Below, one piece after another: positions 57,054 through 60,544 of a DNA stretch of 60,544 bases. A model generated the notes under the pieces. The model had not been told where the DNA came from. It was given only the letters and a program-made list of their open reading frames with translations, and did no database searches. The DNA is from Hormoscilla sp. (GTDB lineage Bacteria > Cyanobacteriota > Cyanobacteriia > Cyanobacteriales > Desertifilaceae), in assembly GCA_051439505.1 (NCBI GenBank), contig JBFRWI010000144.1:1-60544 (forward strand), read 5' to 3'. Every line of letters starts with the position of its first letter. Positions within the stretch are counted from its first letter, which is position 1. The position numbers and the translations under genes were made by a program.

Positions 57054-57402
57054 TTCCTTTGTGGAGGAGATCAAAGCACTCAACAACAAGATATCAGTCA
57101 AGCAATCAATACTTCAAGGGATACAACCTGTCATTGCGAGGGGGGCTAGCAAACTAACATTCTGAAAACCTCTGAAGCAATTCCCCCCGTTAGCGCAGCG
57201 GCCCGACGCAGGAGGGCTAGCAATCTCACCGACGACGCCGAACTTATCTTCATATTATACAGGGCGGGGGGATTGCTTCGGGGGGGGTTAACTCAATTGA
57301 GCATAAGTTAATGGCTACGTCCCCCCCCCCCTCGCAATGACAACCTATATTCTTAACCGAGAAGTATTGCGTCAAGCGATAGAATACTGGAGGGAGGGAT
57401 GA
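57054..57402 (+). pseudogene. C-terminal relic of a RelE/HigB-type addiction-module toxin, split by a MITE
   Basis: FLCGGDQSTQQQDISQA [MITE] RQAIEYWREG*. The stop overlaps the antitoxin start (ATGA). Confidence 0.75.
57107..57369 (-). mobile_element. MITE family A, copy 4 (inverted)
   Basis: CAATACTTC...GAAGTATTG ends; near-duplication AGTCAAGCAAT / CGTCAAGCGAT (9 of 11 match). The paralogous uninterrupted site is at ~60341-60380. Confidence 0.82.
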
Positions 57403-58028
57403 CAATGACAGACTTGAAAGTGCAGACTTGCGATCGCCACCGCGATTTCCAAATTGAATGTCTGAAAAACCCAGAACACGCAGCAGCTTATATTGAGGCA
57501 ATCTTAGAAGAGGAAGGCCCGGAACCACAACTGTTACGCAATGCACTGAGAAAAGTTATTGAAGCTCGTTTCCGGTCGAAACTTCTGTCGGAAAATGATG
57601 AATTCCTGCATCAGCGACTGGATGCAATGTTGACAAAAAGCGGTTGTGGGGAAATTTATGCTTTGGTGGAATTTTTGGATGCAGTGGATTTGAAGTTAAC
57701 TATTCCTTTGAAGGCTAATAGGATGAAACATAACAGTGTGCCGACAAGCGATCGCTGGCAAGATGCATTAATCGAATCCCTCAAATACCCAGAACACGCC
57801 GCAGGTTTTATCGAGGCAATCTTGTCGGAAAAAGACCCTGAACCACAACTGCTATCGGCGGCACTTAAAGATGTAATCGATGCCCGATCGGCCATGCAGG
57901 CACTCTCGGAGTCGGCCAAAGAAAAGTACGAGCAATTAGAGAAAATTCTTTCCCAAAGCGGTGGCGCTGAAATTTATACTTTTGTGGAATTGTTAGAGGC
58001 ACTGGGGTTTAAATTGGCGATCGAGTAG
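57399..58028 (+). CDS. Addiction-module antitoxin-like protein made of two tandem ~100-aa units
   Basis: LKNPEHAAAYIEAILEE..PEPQLL and LKYPEHAAGFIEAILSE..PEPQLL; both units end EIY..VE.L.A...KL.I. Confidence 0.7.
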   Translation: MTMTDLKVQTCDRHRDFQIECLKNPEHAAAYIEAILEEEGPEPQLLRNALRKVIEARFRSKLLSENDEFLHQRLDAMLTKSGCGEIYALVEFLDAVDLKLTIPLKANRMKHNSVPTSDRWQDALIESLKYPEHAAGFIEAILSEKDPEPQLLSAALKDVIDARSAMQALSESAKEKYEQLEKILSQSGGAEIYTFVELLEALGFKLAIE

Positions 58029-58118
58029 GGAAAAGGATAAGTAGGTAGGCAAAATTATTTGCGTATTTTCCAATTGTGGTCAAAAACCGTTGGTGCGGGG
58101 AGACCTCCCGTGGGGGTT

Positions 58119-58185
58119 CAGAAACCGGGTTTCTATGGAAATGGCTGCAATAGCCCCTTAAATTGATAAAAGAAACCCGGTTTCT
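58119..58185. repeat. REP-like doublet AGAAACCGGGTTTCT / AGAAACCCGGTTTCT
   Basis: Two palindromic 15-mers about 36 bp apart. Confidence 0.7.
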
Positions 58186-58324
58186 TGCGGTTTCTTGTCC
58201 GTTGGCCTCGCCATCACCGGTGGAGCTAGGGTCACAAAAATTAACAATAATTGATAGGCAGTTGCCCTCGCCTTGGATTAGAATCATAACTAGGGAAGAC
58301 GAATAACTTGCTGGAGAGAAAAGT

Positions 58325-59017
58325 ATGGCATTTAGATATAAAGTAGTCAAAAAAACCGTCGGTACGTCTCCTTATACCACGAGACCGGACTTGGGAACTC
58401 CCTTAACTGAAGAGGAGTTTATGCTCAGGATACAAGAATCTTCTTCCATGGGATTCGGGGATATTAAGAGTATATTCGCGCAGGCTCGCAGCATTTTAAT
58501 CGATACTGCCCGTAACGGACGACCCAGCGAGACCATTCTAGATTTATTTCGTTTGAGTCTCACTTCGGGCGGTTCTATAGATGACCCTCAGCAACCTTTG
58601 AGCGCAGATGAGATCGACCCCCATGTGAGACTTTACCCGGCGGGTTCCGTTCAAAGGGAGTTTCGGGCTAACTTGACTTTAGAACGGACGGGCATAGATG
58701 GCGATCGCGTTCCCAAGATAGAAGCAGTGCGCAATACCAGAACTAATAATCTGGACAGCTATACTCCTGGCAACGTGTTACGGGTGAGCGGAGAAGACCT
58801 GAAGGTGGCGGTTACCGATACGGACACGGGGGTGTTTTTCCGACCGGAAGCCGGCGGCAGCGAGGTCAGGATCCCTCAGTATATTGATAATACTGAGGGC
58901 ACTTTGACGGTGTTGTTGCCGGCGGAGCTTGCGGGACCTCAACGGTTAATCGTGCGGGCGAAGTTCGGTAATCATTTACGGGAAACCGTTTATACCGAGG
59001 TTCTGGTTCAGGAATAG
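58325..59017 (+). CDS. HU-like DNA-binding domain plus C-terminal Ig-like (DUF4469-like) domain
   Basis: N-terminal LTEEEFMLRI...GDIKSIF...ILIDTARNG...LFRLSLT follows an HU-type pattern. The C-terminus has YTPGNVLRVSGEDLKV...GVFF...NT...LTVLLPA.L. GGAG RBS. Confidence 0.65.
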   Translation: MAFRYKVVKKTVGTSPYTTRPDLGTPLTEEEFMLRIQESSSMGFGDIKSIFAQARSILIDTARNGRPSETILDLFRLSLTSGGSIDDPQQPLSADEIDPHVRLYPAGSVQREFRANLTLERTGIDGDRVPKIEAVRNTRTNNLDSYTPGNVLRVSGEDLKVAVTDTDTGVFFRPEAGGSEVRIPQYIDNTEGTLTVLLPAELAGPQRLIVRAKFGNHLRETVYTEVLVQE

Positions 59018-59036
59018 GATGGGCGATCCGGTCTCC

Positions 59037-59418
59037 CCGCCTTGGTCGGACGATCTGACCGCCTTGGTCGGACGGTCTGACCGCCTTGGTCGGACGATCT
59101 GACCGCCTTGGTCGGACGATCTGACCGCCTTGGTCGGATGGTCTGACCGCCTTGGTCGGATGATCTGACAGCCCCAGTCCGAGGATCTCCCCGCCCCAGT
59201 CCGAGGATCTCCCCGCCCCAGTCCGAGGATCTCCCCACCGCAGTCCGAGGATCTCCCCACCGCAGTCCGAGGATCTCCCCACCGCAGTCCGATCGTCTGA
59301 CAGCCTTGGTCCGATCGTCTGACCGCCTTGGTCGGATCGTCTGACCGCCTTGGTCGGATCGTCTGACCGCCTTGGTCGGATCGTCTGACCGCCTTGGCCG
59401 GATGATCTCCCGCCTTGG
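59037..59418 (+). repeat. Phased tandem array of 17 x 22-bp units in three sequence blocks
   Basis: CCGCCTTGGTCGGACGATCTGA-type x6, CC(G/A)CC(C/G)CAGTCCGAGGATCTCC-type x5, one hybrid unit, then CCGCCTTGGTCGGATCGTCTGA-type x5. No spacers. Confidence 0.92.
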
Positions 59419-59716
59419 GTAAGCGAGCTTTTTTATCAAGCAGGTTTGGACGGCTTGGCAGCAAAAGCAAAGGCGATCGCGTTTTTGAGAGCGATCGCCT
59501 TTGGTGGCTATGACTCAGAAGTGCATTGAATGTAGGGTGGGCACCGCCCACCAGCGGCAAGAAACGGGTTTGGTGCGATACAACCGCAGTATTTTCCCAA
59601 GATTGACTTCACACAACAAACCCACCAATACCGAAGAGATGGCGATCGCCCGCCGGTCATCGTCCATAGCGATCGAAGCGATTATCAGATTAGTAGAGCA
59701 ATGTTAGGGGGTAGAA

Positions 59717-59932
59717 ATGCAAGTTAAGGACATGACAGTAGAGGAATTGAAAAGATTGATTAGAGACCAGGTAGAAGAAGTCTTAGAGGAGTTGTTAGAA
59801 GATCCTGACGAAGGAAAAGAAATCAAAGAAGAAGTCAAGCAGCAATTGATAGAGATGCGCCAGCGAAGAAAAGCCGGAACGCGCGGTATTCCGGCGGCAG
59901 AAGTTTATAAGAGACTGGGCATAAATCTATGA
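59717..59932 (+). CDS. Antitoxin of a type II TA pair
   Basis: MQVKDMTVEELK...DPDEGKEIKEE...GIPAAEVYKRLG; ATGA overlap with the toxin. Confidence 0.8.
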   Translation: MQVKDMTVEELKRLIRDQVEEVLEELLEDPDEGKEIKEEVKQQLIEMRQRRKAGTRGIPAAEVYKRLGINL

Positions 59933-60189
59933 AATACACTGTTGAGTATGAACCGGAAGCTGTTGTTAACATGGAAAATATGACTGTGGTTATGCGAGAA
60001 CGCATTGCCAAAAAAATAGAATGGTTAGCTGAAAATATAGACCAGATTGTCCCTCAGCAATTGACGGGGAATCTGGCAGGCTACTATAAGCTAAGGGTTG
60101 GGGATTATCGAGTAATTTATGACTTGATTGATGAAGAAAAAGTGCTGATAATTTCCCAGGTCGGACACCGCAGGGAAATATATGGTTGA
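59929..60189 (+). CDS. RelE/ParE-family toxin
   Basis: LTGNLAGYYKLRVGDYRVIY...VGHRREIY. Confidence 0.92.
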   Translation: MKYTVEYEPEAVVNMENMTVVMRERIAKKIEWLAENIDQIVPQQLTGNLAGYYKLRVGDYRVIYDLIDEEKVLIISQVGHRREIYG

Positions 60190-60340
60190 TTTAGAGACGC
60201 TCGATACAATTAACTGATATATCCCGATCGCACCCCTGATCGCCCAAAGTATACTAAATCATTTCTTTACAATGCTTTCAGTCGGTTTTCAACCGACTTT
60301 AGATATTAGCCGTGGGTTTGAACCCACGGCGGGCCAGGAG

Positions 60341-60409
60341 ACTCAACAACAAGATATCCGTAAAGCCATAGAATACTGGAGTGATGATACAAGTCAAAAT
60401 GCCGACTAG
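60341..60409 (+). pseudogene. Second addiction-module toxin C-terminal relic
   Basis: TQQQDIRKAIEYWSDD...; the 5' part is replaced by a TTAGCCGTGGGTTTGAACCCACGGCG repeat, which also occurs at ~35990-36020. Confidence 0.65.
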
Positions 60410-60544
60410 CGATCGCCACCGCGACTTCCAAATTGAATGTCTGAAAAACCCAGAACACGCAGCGGCTTATATTGAGGCAATCTTGGAAGAGGAAGACCCG
60501 GAACCACAACTGTTACGCAATGCATTGAGAAAAGTTATTGAAGC
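60399..60544 (+). CDS. Antitoxin-like protein paralogous to 57399-58028, truncated by the window end
   Basis: MPTSDRHRDFQIECLKNPEHAAAYIEAILEEEDPEPQLLRNALRKVIE..., nearly identical to unit 1 of 57399-58028. Confidence 0.8.
   Translation, partial: MPTSDRHRDFQIECLKNPEHAAAYIEAILEEEDPEPQLLRNALRKVIE

Noticed and set aside
59037..59418. CRISPR array
   Set aside because: The units are contiguous 22-mers with no unique spacers, and there are no cas genes in the window.
58866..59560. Three minus-strand ORFs (138-194 aa) with repetitive sequence
   Set aside because: They are translations of the 22-bp array in all three frames, with no RBS or domain signal.
1..60544. Prophage, integrase, autonomous IS, retron or DGR
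   Set aside because: No integrase, transposase, reverse transcriptase or phage structural motifs were recognised in any ORF.
1..60544. High density of GCGATCGC as a novel repeat
   Set aside because: This is the well-known cyanobacterial HIP1 octamer.

Overview
This is a cyanobacterial chromosome segment, shown by psbA, a very high density of HIP1 (GCGATCGC) and heptamer STRR tracts. The rich REP/MITE content suggests a filamentous Oscillatoriales-like genome, but that is inference. Housekeeping genes are rsmA, argJ, psbA (Q130 form), cofG, tRNA-Cys, purN, a Tab2-family gene, mtnP, sat and clpC. Accessory material includes toxin-antitoxin (TA) modules, a PstI-family endonuclease with a C5 methyltransferase, an osmoprotectant ABC transporter interrupted by an ethylene-receptor-type kinase, several pseudogene relics and two MITE families (one copy nested in the other). 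The best candidates for undescribed systems are four. (1) A tightly coupled wHTH / P-loop ATPase / DUF1802-like+PD-(D/E)xK nuclease operon at 14.3-18.3 kb. (2) A family of seven ~67-aa paralogs, five of them in a tandem array at 39-41.4 kb with a canonical NtcA promoter and signs of rapid protein divergence. (3) A NACHT-membrane-TPR protein ending in a complete ClpS domain. (4) An HU-like/Ig-fold gene followed directly by a phased 17 x 22-bp repeat array. All family assignments come from motif recognition by eye; no database searches were run.
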